Shown: positions 37,526 to 47,029, counted from the stretch's first letter. The stretch: DNA of 64,000 nucleotides from an archaeon (GCA_038874115.1 JAVZDC010000001.1:138871-202870); one strand, 5' to 3'. Notes: generated from the letters alone by a model not told the origin. Program-made: numbers and translations.

Positions 37526-38404
37526 TTAAAAATCTTTTCTAATTTTCGAAAAATTACTTCTATTTAAAACCGCTTCTAAAATTTTATCGAAATCCGAAGT
37601 TTTAACCCCTGCGGCACCAGGGTGCCCCCCACCACCGAACTTGGCAAATATTTTTGCTAGATTAAAACCTTGTCGGATTAACCTATTCGCAACTCTCCCT
37701 TGTACTCTTTTTGCTTTTTTGTTAAAAACTAAAGAGATATCAAATAAATCGCGCATTTTCTCCAATACGCTTGATTCGAAACTTCCAACATAAGTCCAAG
37801 CAACAACATAATCTTCAATTTTTTTGTATGAAATTCTGGAAAAAGCGGCAATTATTGCTTTTATCTCGGGCTCTGTATACTTCTTTTCCAAAAGCTTCAA
37901 AACTTCTTCAAAACTCGTCTTTCTCAAAAAAAACAATAAGTTTTCAAAGGTTGAGTTTTTTGCCGCGTAGAAAAAAGCAGAATCAAATACTATGGCTGCT
38001 GCGCAAATACGAGCAAGTTTTTCGTCTAAAAATTCAAAAACAACATCTTTTCCAAAAAAATCTAAAAGAACTTCTACAGTGGAGGTACTCTCACTTTTTA
38101 TAAAAGAATCTACTCCTTTCGGAAGTTTTTTTGGTTGATGATGGTCTATCAGTAAAACAGGTGCTTTCAAAGATAATTTTTCAAAATCCAAAGCGTTTGT
38201 ATCTAAAACAAGATAAAGATCTGGTTTTGGGCAAGAATTGAAAGAAATAGAGTATATTTTGGATAATTTTTCAACCTCGCTGGAAGGTTTTTCGAAATTA
38301 ATAAAAACTTTATGCCCGCATATTTCAAAGATTTTTTTGCATAGAATCGCACTTGCCAATCCATCCAAGTCTACGGGTTCATGCGTCTGAATCTCTATAT
38401 TCAA
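37526..38404 (-). CDS. DHH/DHHA1 family phosphoesterase (NrnA-like nanoRNase / pAp phosphatase-like)
   Basis: Motif I VDLDG, motif III LLIDHHQP (the DHH motif), and the C-terminal DHHA1 GGGHPGAAG signature. Confidence 0.7.
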   Translation of the reverse strand: MNIEIQTHEPVDLDGLASAILCKKIFEICGHKVFINFEKPSSEVEKLSKIYSISFNSCPKPDLYLVLDTNALDFEKLSLKAPVLLIDHHQPKKLPKGVDSFIKSESTSTVEVLLDFFGKDVVFEFLDEKLARICAAAIVFDSAFFYAAKNSTFENLLFFLRKTSFEEVLKLLEKKYTEPEIKAIIAAFSRISYKKIEDYVVAWTYVGSFESSVLEKMRDLFDISLVFNKKAKRVQGRVANRLIRQGFNLAKIFAKFGGGGHPGAAGVKTSDFDKILEAVLNRSNFSKIRKDF

Positions 38405-38695
38405 CTAGTCACCTTGCTCTGCCAATCTTTTCGCAATCTTTTCTTCTTGTTTTTTCAAAAAGTCGATCTTTGCAGATAAATCATTTTTTTGTGCCTCAAG
38501 ATCTTTGATAATGTTTTCTTTAGAATCCTCGAGCAAAAACGTACCTATCGATTTATATACTTTTCCAGTGCTTTTATTCAATTCCTTAATTGATAAATCG
38601 ATCTGATTTAATTCTTGTTGGAAAAATTGCCTTTGACTGGCTAAAATCTGCAATTGTCTCTGAGATTCCTCAATTTCTTTATTGTCTTTCATCAA
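38405..38695 (-). CDS. pfdB: Prefoldin beta subunit
   Basis: 96 aa coiled-coil/beta-hairpin/coiled-coil (QILASQRQFFQQELNQIDLSIKELN...VYKSIGTFLLE...). This is its position in the conserved archaeal superoperon. Confidence 0.65.
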   Translation of the reverse strand: MMKDNKEIEESQRQLQILASQRQFFQQELNQIDLSIKELNKSTGKVYKSIGTFLLEDSKENIIKDLEAQKNDLSAKIDFLKKQEEKIAKRLAEQGD

Positions 38696-39149
38696 ACCAC
38701 CTCAAAGAATATTTTAGTTTTAAAACCTCTTTTTTCCCATCGATAATTTTTATTTCTGTGTCTGTAGCATCAAATTTTGGCCCTTCTTCAAAACTTTCTT
38801 GATCGAATATTTTTAAAAAATTTTCTTTCATGGGTCCAATGAATTGAATATTTTCAAACTTTTTAATGGTTTCTATATATTTATAGCCGTGAACGATCAA
38901 TTCTGCAAGATAGTTCCAATTATCGAGCTGAACTTTAATAATTCTAACAAGATAAGGATTGCCTTTTTTTGTAGAGATTATTGCTATTCTTGTACACCCT
39001 TTTAATCTAGCACGGTCTACAAGATCGAAAACTCCTTTTTTTCCACGTGGTTCAAATATCGATAAAGGGAAACAATTACTCAAAAATTTTGCGAACTTCA
39101 GCGTATTTTTGCATGTTTTTCTAGTAGTTGTAATTAAAAGCATCTTCAA
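38679..39149 (-). CDS. Brix-domain (Imp4-like) ribosome biogenesis protein
   Basis: 156 aa with MLLITTTRKTCKNTLKFAKFL...RGKKGVFDLV...NPYLVRII, the Brix-like pattern; located between rpoP and pfdB as in the superoperon. Confidence 0.5.
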   Translation of the reverse strand: MKMLLITTTRKTCKNTLKFAKFLSNCFPLSIFEPRGKKGVFDLVDRARLKGCTRIAIISTKKGNPYLVRIIKVQLDNWNYLAELIVHGYKYIETIKKFENIQFIGPMKENFLKIFDQESFEEGPKFDATDTEIKIIDGKKEVLKLKYSLRWFDERQ

Positions 39150-39274
39150 TCGGTCTTTATTTTTCTAACGACTGGAGGCCTTTCCTTTAGAAGCATTTTT
39201 CCTCCACAGTTTGGGCATTTAACTTGAGAAATATTTTGAGTCCTTTTCCCGCAAAGTATGCAAACCCAAGCCAA
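39146..39274 (-). CDS. rpoP: DNA-directed RNA polymerase subunit P (Rpo12/RpoP), Zn ribbon
   Basis: Minus-strand translation gives (M)AWVCILCGKRTQNISQVKCPNCGGKMLLKERPPVVRKIKTD, with CxxC...CxxC spacing and the ILYKpRP-like tail of RpoP. A TTG start is preceded by GGTGA. It lies immediately 3' of rpl37ae and is below the ORF-track size cutoff. Confidence 0.55.
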   Translation of the reverse strand: MAWVCILCGKRTQNISQVKCPNCGGKMLLKERPPVVRKIKTD

Positions 39275-39275
39275 A

Positions 39276-39605
39276 TCACTCACCTTTTATACTTTCTTTT
39301 GATTCTTCATAGGTTTTTTCTTTACTTTTAATTAATTCTTCTATATTTAATTTCTCTTTCCCTTCCACAATTCTTTCAATAAGCTCTCCAAGTTCTGTCT
39401 TTGGAGACCAAGCCCCTCCAGCAAAGAAATAACCACATTTTGTACATTCCCATACTGCATAAGATACTCGTTTAACTCCCTTTTTCTCACATTTCGGACA
39501 AACATAGCGGCTTGATTTTTTCTCTTCGATACTTGCCACTATTTTTTTCAAAGAAGATCCGTACCTGGACCCAAATCTGCTTGCGGACTTAAGTTTTGTC
39601 GCCAT
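39276..39605 (-). CDS. rpl37ae: Ribosomal protein L37ae with a C-terminal extension
   Basis: RFGSRYGSSLKK plus the Zn ribbon CPKCEKKG...CTKCG. Confidence 0.8.
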   Translation of the reverse strand: MATKLKSASRFGSRYGSSLKKIVASIEEKKSSRYVCPKCEKKGVKRVSYAVWECTKCGYFFAGGAWSPKTELGELIERIVEGKEKLNIEELIKSKEKTYEESKESIKGE

Positions 39606-39613
39606 CGTACCAC

Positions 39614-40417
39614 CTAAATCTTAAATAAAGATCTCAATTCTGCCCCTTTGCTTATAGATATGTTGAGCATAGTTTTTAATTCTTCCTCTGTAAAATCACC
39701 AGGTCCTCCTTTCTGCATTGCGCATAGTTTTCCATCCTTAGTAGTAGTAATAGTAAGCCTTGCGTCTGCTGTGCATTCTTCATCAAAAGTCGGATCAAGC
39801 AAAAGCGAGTTTTCAATTTTTACAAATGTTGTAGAACATGGTATGTCAACCATGGGGAGTTTTTGATCAGTGTGTTTCTCATAGATTATTTTATCGTCTT
39901 TAATTTCTGGAAAATAACAATTGTATAAAGCATTAACAGCCGCAACGGAACTTGCATCAAATAAATTTCCGTCGTGATCTAAAACATAAATGTCAATAAA
40001 CACGTTCCAAACTTTCTCTCCTGGAACTATGCATAGTTTTTCTAGATCGATACATTTTGATTCCCTTATCCCACGATCCACAACCCTTGCAAGTTCGATT
40101 GAATTTTCGTCCGGAGGCCCAGCTGTAAAGTACTCTGACGCAATTGGATCCAATTCAGCGCCAACCATTAACATGCCCGATGCCGGTGTATCTGGAAACG
40201 GCTCCTCGATGGAAAGCTTAATTCCTGCCAATACTTTCGTATTTCCTAATTTAACTAAACAACTTCCTTCAGCTTTTGGAATATATCCGGGAATTATTTC
40301 TAATTTACGATAAGATAAAAAAGGTCTATCGTCTAATCTTTTACCTAAGCGAACATTTTGCCGTACGATATCATTTTTTAAAAGTTGTATACTTTCAAAC
40401 TTTTCCATTAGAATCAC
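39614..40417 (-). CDS. rrp42: Exosome complex RNase PH-like subunit Rrp42
   Basis: 267 aa RNase PH fold, downstream partner of Rrp41; RLDDRPFLSYRKLEI motif. Confidence 0.75.
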   Translation of the reverse strand: MILMEKFESIQLLKNDIVRQNVRLGKRLDDRPFLSYRKLEIIPGYIPKAEGSCLVKLGNTKVLAGIKLSIEEPFPDTPASGMLMVGAELDPIASEYFTAGPPDENSIELARVVDRGIRESKCIDLEKLCIVPGEKVWNVFIDIYVLDHDGNLFDASSVAAVNALYNCYFPEIKDDKIIYEKHTDQKLPMVDIPCSTTFVKIENSLLLDPTFDEECTADARLTITTTKDGKLCAMQKGGPGDFTEEELKTMLNISISKGAELRSLFKI

Positions 40418-41147
40418 CTAATTCAAAAAATTTGTCTTTCAATACCTTCTTTTGCATTTCATATACTTGCATTGCCCCAGAAATTGCCAATTCTTTTAGT
40501 TTTAAAAACTCATCTAAAGTCAAAATTCCATCTAATTGCATGAGTAGAATGTTTTTATTTCGCGGATCGATAGCTATTGGAAAATCCGCTTGCCCATAAA
40601 TATCTTCTTCTGAACAAATATCTAAAACCAATTGACCTTCTACTTTTCCCGCAGTGCAAGCCGGAACCAAAGTACGCATTGGAATCCCAGCATCTGCTAA
40701 AGCTAAACTTGATGCTGTTATCGCAGCACATCGTGTTCCTGCATCTGCCTGCAAGATATCAACATATACCTGTATTTCGGTTTTTGGAAATTGATTTGAA
40801 AAGATTACTTTTTCAAAAACATCTCTTGAAACTTTAGATATTTCTATACTTCTTCTGTCCGGACCTGGCCTTTTCCTTTCAGAAACTGAGAAGGAAAGCA
40901 TAGAATAGGAGTACCTTATTTTTGCTTTATATGGATCTTGCTCATGACGAGGCAAACATTCTTTTGGTCCATACACTGCGGCTAGAATTTTGTTTTTTCC
41001 CCATTCCACATAAGCTGAACCATCCGCATTATTTAACACTCCAACTTCCATTTTGATTGGTCTTAATTCGTCGAATCTTCTTCCATCCACTCTTCTACCA
41101 TTCTGAATTAAAGGAACTTCAGATTTCAAACCACCCATAACAAACAC
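40395..41147 (-). CDS. rrp41: Exosome complex exonuclease Rrp41 (RNase PH)
   Basis: RVDGRRFDELRP phosphate-binding motif; 250 aa. Confidence 0.8.
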   Translation of the reverse strand: MFVMGGLKSEVPLIQNGRRVDGRRFDELRPIKMEVGVLNNADGSAYVEWGKNKILAAVYGPKECLPRHEQDPYKAKIRYSYSMLSFSVSERKRPGPDRRSIEISKVSRDVFEKVIFSNQFPKTEIQVYVDILQADAGTRCAAITASSLALADAGIPMRTLVPACTAGKVEGQLVLDICSEEDIYGQADFPIAIDPRNKNILLMQLDGILTLDEFLKLKELAISGAMQVYEMQKKVLKDKFFELGDSNGKV

Positions 41148-41756
41148 CTACTTTTTAGATAAATTTACTTTCTCTTTTTCCAAAAAATCAATAATTTTTT
41201 CAGTCAATCCTTCTAAGTGTGCTTCCTGCTTGATTTTTTGAATGGCTTTTTCAACCAAAATCAAATTCTCGCCAGAAATACACACTCTACCATTAGCTCC
41301 AACATAAATGGAACACCCGGTTTTTTCTCTCAAAAGATTTATCATCGAATTCTTTTTCCCGATTACTCTTGGGATTTTAGCTGGATTTACTTCGATTAAA
41401 TTCCCTGAAATACTTCGCTCTCTCGTTAAAACTGCAGATTTAACTTCAGTTATTTCTGAAACAACGGCAATGATGATGGATCCTTCGGGATATTTTCTCT
41501 CAGTTTCCAAGATCGCCTCATATGGAGAATTTATATCGACGTAATAGCCACCGAACTTTTCTTCTTTAATTATTCCGATAACAATATCATTTTGTTTTGG
41601 AATATACTTTTGTTTTAAAGGAGATAATCTTATTTGGCCTTCTTTTTCGACAAGCAAACCGTAGATTGAAGAATATACTTTTCCACCTTCTGAATAGGTA
41701 TATTCTTTCAATCTTGGGTCTACTTCTTCTCCAGGAACTACAAATTCTCTTCTCAT
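41148..41756 (-). CDS. rrp4: Exosome complex RNA-binding subunit Rrp4 (S1 + KH)
   Basis: N-terminal VVPGEEV, a central S1 region, and a KH GxxG motif (VIGKKNSMINLL). Confidence 0.7.
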   Translation of the reverse strand: MRREFVVPGEEVDPRLKEYTYSEGGKVYSSIYGLLVEKEGQIRLSPLKQKYIPKQNDIVIGIIKEEKFGGYYVDINSPYEAILETERKYPEGSIIIAVVSEITEVKSAVLTRERSISGNLIEVNPAKIPRVIGKKNSMINLLREKTGCSIYVGANGRVCISGENLILVEKAIQKIKQEAHLEGLTEKIIDFLEKEKVNLSKK

Positions 41757-41768
41757 AAAAACTACACG

Positions 41769-42473
41769 TTAATAATCTACTGTTTCAACAATTTTACACT
41801 CGTTTTCTCCAGAAGTTAAACTATTTAAATTATCATAAAAATCGGCTTGCATTCCAGCCGGTATTTCAACAAGGGCGAAAAATGATCCATCTTTGCCCCA
41901 TTCTTCTTTAATTGGTCTTTGGGACTTTATAAAACTATATGCTTTGGAAGCGTATTGAGCAGGAATTTTTACTGCTATTTTGAAAGAAGCCATTTTTATT
42001 GGAAGAATCTTTTTCAAAGAGGTTAGTATTTCTTTGGCTTGAACGTCTGCTGGTTTAAAAGGATCTATTTTTACTTTTATTTGTTCCAATGCGGTCTCGA
42101 TGCGCATAGGAGGAATAGGAGTTTTTGTTTGTGCATCGATTGCATTCCTGCTTATAATTGAAATTATTTGCTTTCTTTTTTCCTCAATCATTTTTCTTTT
42201 TTGTTCAGTAGTTATCTGAATTTCTCCCTCGATAATTATTCTCGATATTATTTTTTGCGGGTCTGTTGTTCCAAAAACTTTAGATAGATCTGCAGCAGTT
42301 GCTTTTGTCCCTTCTCTTACACTCGAGTAAATATCAAAACTTGCTACAACTTGATCCAAAGGGAGATTCTTTTTTTCTCTAAACTCATACGCTGCGTTTG
42401 GGTCTACTAATATTTCGAAACACAAATCTCCTTTTATGTATCTTGCAAGTACTGTTTTATTTAAAGGCACCAT
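41769..42473 (-). CDS. Shwachman-Bodian-Diamond syndrome protein (SBDS) ortholog
   Basis: FYSH-domain N-terminus VLARYIKGDLCFEILVDPNAAYEFREKK; located between psmA and rrp4 as in the superoperon. Confidence 0.7.
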   Translation of the reverse strand: MVPLNKTVLARYIKGDLCFEILVDPNAAYEFREKKNLPLDQVVASFDIYSSVREGTKATAADLSKVFGTTDPQKIISRIIIEGEIQITTEQKRKMIEEKRKQIISIISRNAIDAQTKTPIPPMRIETALEQIKVKIDPFKPADVQAKEILTSLKKILPIKMASFKIAVKIPAQYASKAYSFIKSQRPIKEEWGKDGSFFALVEIPAGMQADFYDNLNSLTSGENECKIVETVDY

Positions 42474-42479
42474 AGAAAT

Positions 42480-43211
42480 TCATTTTTTTCTAAGTTTTTG
42501 AATCTCTTTATCTAAAGTATTTTTCTCTAAAAAAGTTATTTTCTTTGTTTTTTCATCTATTACAGCAATATCAACATTATCCCCTGATAGTTGTTTATTC
42601 TTTAAATACAAACAATTTAAAATTAATTCCAAGGCAGAATCATATGGAAGTTTTTCTTTATATTTTTTCTCCAAGAAAGCTTCGACTTCGCTCTCCCCAG
42701 AACCTATGGCGCAAGCATAAGTTTCATAAAAACCTCCGCTTGGGTCTGTTTTAAAAAGATGCTTTCCTTCGCCATCCACACCTGCGACCAGTAAAGCTGC
42801 TCCAAAAGGTCTTGTTCCTCCAAATTGAGTGTATTCTTGAACCAAATCGCAAATTGATTTTGTTAAGTACTCCGTGTCAATCGGTCGTTTATAGATCATT
42901 TTTTCTCTTTGAGCGATATATCTTCCATAATCGACTAACCTACGTGCATCTGCGACTAAACCGGAAGTTGCAATTCCAAGATGGTCATCTACTTTAAAAA
43001 TCTTTTGCATAGACTGTAATTTTATTAAAGGGCTTTCCAAAGTCTTTTCCGCAGCCAATAATACTCCAGCATCGTAAATTAAACCAATCGAAGTCGCTCC
43101 TCTTCTTACAGCTTCTCTCGCATATTCCACTTGAAAAAGTCTTCCATCCGGACTAAAAACAGTTATGGCGCGATCATACGCGGATGCTGCGGCAGGATAC
43201 ATTAATACCAC
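42480..43211 (-). CDS. psmA: Proteasome alpha subunit
   Basis: N-terminal YDRAITVFSPDGRLFQVEYAREAV, the alpha-subunit signature. Confidence 0.85.
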   Translation of the reverse strand: MVLMYPAAASAYDRAITVFSPDGRLFQVEYAREAVRRGATSIGLIYDAGVLLAAEKTLESPLIKLQSMQKIFKVDDHLGIATSGLVADARRLVDYGRYIAQREKMIYKRPIDTEYLTKSICDLVQEYTQFGGTRPFGAALLVAGVDGEGKHLFKTDPSGGFYETYACAIGSGESEVEAFLEKKYKEKLPYDSALELILNCLYLKNKQLSGDNVDIAVIDEKTKKITFLEKNTLDKEIQKLRKK

Positions 43212-43518
43212 CTCTTGCTTTCTTCAAAGTACCAGAAACATTTAGAATAATAATTCCAGAGTTTTTATTATTAACGTTGCTTAAAAAAGATAATGCTGCC
43301 ATTACATCATATAGATGAGTTGAATTACATTTCAAAATTCCATATTTTTTAGAATTATCATACCCAAAAATTTTGATATTTGCTTCAGCATATCCAAAAA
43401 CTCCCAAATTCTCAAGAAGAGTTTTTTGAACCGCTTGAACAATTTCTTTTGGTTCAAAATCAACTCCTTCCTCTTTAATTATTTGAAACACTATGTAACG
43501 AGACTTATTTTCTTTCAA
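43174..43518 (-). CDS. RNase P protein subunit Pop5 (Rnp2)
   Basis: 114 aa with RYIVFQI...SGTLKKAR, the Pop5 pattern; it overlaps the psmA start. Confidence 0.6.
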   Translation of the reverse strand: MKENKSRYIVFQIIKEEGVDFEPKEIVQAVQKTLLENLGVFGYAEANIKIFGYDNSKKYGILKCNSTHLYDVMAALSFLSNVNNKNSGIIILNVSGTLKKARGGINVSCRSIRV

Positions 43519-44026
43519 TCAACCACCTTGGACATTCAGAGATCGCCCATTTTGCTTGAGAGTATTCTAAACCGAATAGCATCCCAAAGCAAATAATCTC
43601 TCTTGGGGAACGCATCTGCAACACATTGAAGGCATTTGAAACAAACAAAATATTTACCTCTTTTTTTAAAGCATCAAAGACTACTTTTCTTCCAGCTTCT
43701 AAAAGCTTAGCCCGTTCTATGGGTATTTTTGTTAAAAATTTTAAAAAAGAAATTCCAAGACAAATTTCTTTCCTACGCATTCCAGCTAGTATTTCGTTAT
43801 TTAGGAAAGTCCCTTTTTCATCAAAAGGATCAAGCAATACATCTACATTTAAAGTAACTGCTTTTTTTGATTCATCAATATTTTTTGGTTGAAAGAAATT
43901 AATCTTTCCTTGAACTTTTTTCAAATCTGATAAAAGAATGCTTTCCTCAAGAAAAGCACGTGTATATCCAAATTTAGGCGCGTTTTCTACACACTCCTTA
44001 GAATGGACAAGAGCATCAAAGAACAT
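43505..44026 (-). CDS. RNase P protein subunit Rpp30 (Rnp3), short form
   Basis: Superoperon position upstream of pop5; TIM-barrel-like pattern with C-terminal NAFNVLQMRSPREII. Confidence 0.5.
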   Translation of the reverse strand: MFFDALVHSKECVENAPKFGYTRAFLEESILLSDLKKVQGKINFFQPKNIDESKKAVTLNVDVLLDPFDEKGTFLNNEILAGMRRKEICLGISFLKFLTKIPIERAKLLEAGRKVVFDALKKEVNILFVSNAFNVLQMRSPREIICFGMLFGLEYSQAKWAISECPRWLIERK

Positions 44027-44039
44027 CTTTCACCAAGAA

Positions 44040-44615
44040 CTAAAAAGATTTTCTTTTAATTCGTTTTCCAACTCTTTGTCTCATAAGACCTCTTGCTTTT
44101 CTTCCAGCAGAGGTCAATCCTCTAAAAGCTCTGCCACGGACATTGCAAATCCAAGAAAGGTTGGGATCGCTAGCTATTCTTGGATGATTTCTATCCACTA
44201 AAATGACTTCATAATAAGTATAAGTACCATCTTTTCCAACGTTATACGAATTTAAAACTTCCATATTTCTATATTTTCTCGCTGCTTTTTGCTCTGCGAT
44301 CGCTTGTAAAGATAAATGAGGTTTGTATTTATTTACTCCCATCTTACTTGGCCTTCTTCTAGCTTCAGGCCTAGGTCTTAAGCGCCCACCTCTCCTGACT
44401 TTAACTCGAACAACTACGATTCCTTGAATTGCTTTGTAACCTAGTGCTCTTGCACGTACTGGGTTTGAAGGTTTCTCACATCTAACAATCGTAGGTTCTT
44501 TTCTCCATTGAATCAACCTTTCTCTTTGTTCTGGAGTAATTTCTTTATATGCTTTTTGAAAACTTTGTTGAATATATTTTAAAACATTCATTATTTCACC
44601 CTCATAACGTAACAT
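44040..44615 (-). CDS. rpl15e: Ribosomal protein L15e
   Basis: Basic protein with PRPEARRRPSKMGV...NPGKTWIC-like stretches typical of L15e. Confidence 0.8.
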   Translation of the reverse strand: MLRYEGEIMNVLKYIQQSFQKAYKEITPEQRERLIQWRKEPTIVRCEKPSNPVRARALGYKAIQGIVVVRVKVRRGGRLRPRPEARRRPSKMGVNKYKPHLSLQAIAEQKAARKYRNMEVLNSYNVGKDGTYTYYEVILVDRNHPRIASDPNLSWICNVRGRAFRGLTSAGRKARGLMRQRVGKRIKRKSF

Positions 44616-45130
44616 TTTCCAGGAAGTTTTTTAGCTGCCCTTTCCAATCCTTCTTTTGCTAATTTTTCATATTTTTGATAAGTTATCACTGCAAATATTG
44701 GTTGATCTTTTTTTACATTCACTCCTCTTCCAGTAGGAATTCCAAAAGCATGCCTCATTCCGGATGAAAGTCTGTCTGCACCTGCTCCTGTAAGCATCTT
44801 ATGTTCTCTTAAACATTGATGAGGATATGTTAAGACTCTAAAATGATATTCGTCTTGGTTCTTAAATTCTCTTTCAAAATACTTGTTAGCAATAAGTCTT
44901 GCAGCCTCAAGAGCATTATCTCTTATTAAAACATCAAGTTTAGGGGCTAAAATGTATTTTACTTCTCCTTGACTTGGATTTAACCCGCCCATCACAAAAA
45001 GTCTTACTTTTGTATCTGGCACCCCTACAATATAAGCTTTTTCTACTACTCTTTTTGCGGTTCTAGTCCAAGCTCTTTTTGGCTTTGGAGTCTTCAAGTT
45101 ATTAACAGTTCGTCCTGGTCTAAGAGCCAT
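44591..45130 (-). CDS. rpl10e: Ribosomal protein L10e (uL16)
   Basis: MALRPGRTV...HFRVLTYPHQCLREHKM. Confidence 0.8.
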   Translation of the reverse strand: MALRPGRTVNNLKTPKPKRAWTRTAKRVVEKAYIVGVPDTKVRLFVMGGLNPSQGEVKYILAPKLDVLIRDNALEAARLIANKYFEREFKNQDEYHFRVLTYPHQCLREHKMLTGAGADRLSSGMRHAFGIPTGRGVNVKKDQPIFAVITYQKYEKLAKEGLERAAKKLPGKCYVMRVK

Positions 45131-45141
45131 ACGTAATCACC

Positions 45142-45366
45142 TTAAGGAGAAAGATAAAGAATATTGTCTCCACGAATTAAAGCGGAACCAAGTTTTACTT
45201 TTACCGTATTGTTTTCCAATTCCTCTGCGTCTTGCAAAACTAAATTTAAATGCTGATCGAAAGCAACTAAAGTTCCCCTAATTTGCTTGTTTCCTTTCAA
45301 AAACACCAATATTGGTTTGTTCGTCGCTTGGCTTAGCAAATCGAACGGTCTAGAAATTTGACTCAT
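45142..45366 (-). CDS. Sm-like archaeal protein (SmAP/LSm)
   Basis: 74 aa with Sm1/Sm2 motifs (VFLKGNKQIRGTLVAFDQHLNLVL...IRGDNILYL). Confidence 0.8.
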   Translation of the reverse strand: MSQISRPFDLLSQATNKPILVFLKGNKQIRGTLVAFDQHLNLVLQDAEELENNTVKVKLGSALIRGDNILYLSP

Positions 45367-45372
45367 TTTCTG

Positions 45373-46143
45373 TCACCTTTTAAATAATTTTAATAGTTTT
45401 TTAAATATGTTTTCTTTTTCAACTTTTGGCGCATACTGGCTGCCAGTTAAATATGCCGCAATTTTAAATATTTCTTGAGAAACCGGATGAGTTGGGTTTT
45501 GAGCAACTATTGGTTTTCCACTCAACGTTGCTTCTCTTACCAAACCTTCTTCTTTTATATGTCCTAAAATTGGAACCTGAAGCAAAGAAGTGATTTCTTT
45601 ATCTTTTAACTCTCTTTTTACTCCTTTGATTAAATTAACAACTACCCCGATCACTTCGCTTCCAAGTTTTTCAGCAACAATTTTTGTTTTATACGCATCT
45701 GCCAAACTCATGTGTTCTGGAGTTACGACTAAAATAACCTCTTTACCTGCTGAAAGGCAAGCTTGCGTATCACGTCCGATACCTGCAGGACAATCTAAAA
45801 GCACAAAATCTGCCTTTACTGCAAGTTGAGTCAAAATATTCACCAATTTTTCCGGATCAACTCTTCGATATTGACTGGGCGCGATACCTGCCGGGACAAA
45901 TTTTATGTTTTGAGCTATATCATAAATAGCATCATCAAGTTTCGCTTCTTCGTTTAATACATCTTGCAAGGTTATGGGTCGTCCTTCCATTCCAAGTACA
46001 AGCTCTAAGTTTGCCATGTCCAAATCAGCATCCACGAGTAATACTTTTTTATCGAAATTTGCTAAAGCAAACCCTAGATTGGCAGTAAGCATTGTTTTTC
46101 CTACCCCGCCTTTTCCGGAAGCTATAGCAATAACCCGTGCCAT
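45373..46143 (-). CDS. MinD/ParA-family P-loop ATPase
   Basis: Deviant Walker A IAIASGKGGVGKT; 256 aa. Confidence 0.8.
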   Translation of the reverse strand: MARVIAIASGKGGVGKTMLTANLGFALANFDKKVLLVDADLDMANLELVLGMEGRPITLQDVLNEEAKLDDAIYDIAQNIKFVPAGIAPSQYRRVDPEKLVNILTQLAVKADFVLLDCPAGIGRDTQACLSAGKEVILVVTPEHMSLADAYKTKIVAEKLGSEVIGVVVNLIKGVKRELKDKEITSLLQVPILGHIKEEGLVREATLSGKPIVAQNPTHPVSQEIFKIAAYLTGSQYAPKVEKENIFKKLLKLFKR

Positions 46144-46530
46144 TTAATCACTCAGAAGTTTCGAATATAGATTTATTTTCTCTAAAGCGCATCTTGCTTC
46201 TAAAGAATTCACCTCTCCAGAAGAAAGTATTTCATAAAATTCTTTGGTAGCTTTGTCCTGGCAATATATCGCATATTTGTTATTATCTTTTATTAATATA
46301 AAGTTTACCTGAGGGAACTGTTCTTTTAATTTTTCAATAAAACCAAACTGCCCATTAACTTTCGAAATATTTAAAAAATTGAACATTTCAGATACATCTT
46401 TATATATCTCTTTTTTAGAAGATATTTTTTTATGGTTTTGACTAATCAATTGTCTTAATAGTTCCATTCTTTCCTTTTCAATCTCTTGTTTTGTCTTTAT
46501 ATTCAAAAACCGTCTAATTCTCTGCAACAT
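46144..46530 (-). CDS. Hypothetical protein co-transcribed with the MinD-like ATPase
   Basis: 128 aa; its stop abuts the minD-like start. Confidence 0.35.
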   Translation of the reverse strand: MLQRIRRFLNIKTKQEIEKERMELLRQLISQNHKKISSKKEIYKDVSEMFNFLNISKVNGQFGFIEKLKEQFPQVNFILIKDNNKYAIYCQDKATKEFYEILSSGEVNSLEARCALEKINLYSKLLSD

Positions 46531-46540
46531 AAGTAGTTCA

Positions 46541-47029
46541 CTAAATTTTCAAAGATGCGAGCCCAAACTTTTTCAAAAGTTGAAGTTTCTCTTTATCCTC
46601 TTCTTCTTTTGGCAATAATTCTTCCTCATAAGAATAATTAAAACTTTGAGGAAAGCTTAGTTCATCACATTTCAAAGGTTTCTTTAACACGCACTCTCCA
46701 TTTAAAGTTAATATCAATTGAAGTTGGTATGAAGTTAAAGTAAACGAATCCAAAGTACCAAAGTTACTTATAAATGCATTCAAACACCTATTTAAAGCTT
46801 GCTCTCCAACAAACCTTTTATTAAAATAAAAATATTCGTAATCGCAAGCAACTAAGCTTCCTTTATCCAGAACCAAAGTAGCTTCTTCAAACCCAAACTT
46901 TCCTTTTATTGTAAGACGTATAAAACCAACAAAATTTAACTCTTTTAATTTCTTAAAAAATTCATGCGGATCTAATTCCGAAAGCTTTCTTCCTTTTTCC
47001 AAAATTTCTCCTGCTGAAATATTCATCAA
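46541..47029 (-). CDS. Hypothetical protein (possible roadblock/LC7-like fold)
   Basis: 162 aa; EATLVLDKGSLVACDYE resembles the roadblock allvDkdGlvIAs motif, which is weak evidence. Confidence 0.3.
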   Translation of the reverse strand: MMNISAGEILEKGRKLSELDPHEFFKKLKELNFVGFIRLTIKGKFGFEEATLVLDKGSLVACDYEYFYFNKRFVGEQALNRCLNAFISNFGTLDSFTLTSYQLQLILTLNGECVLKKPLKCDELSFPQSFNYSYEEELLPKEEEDKEKLQLLKKFGLASLKI

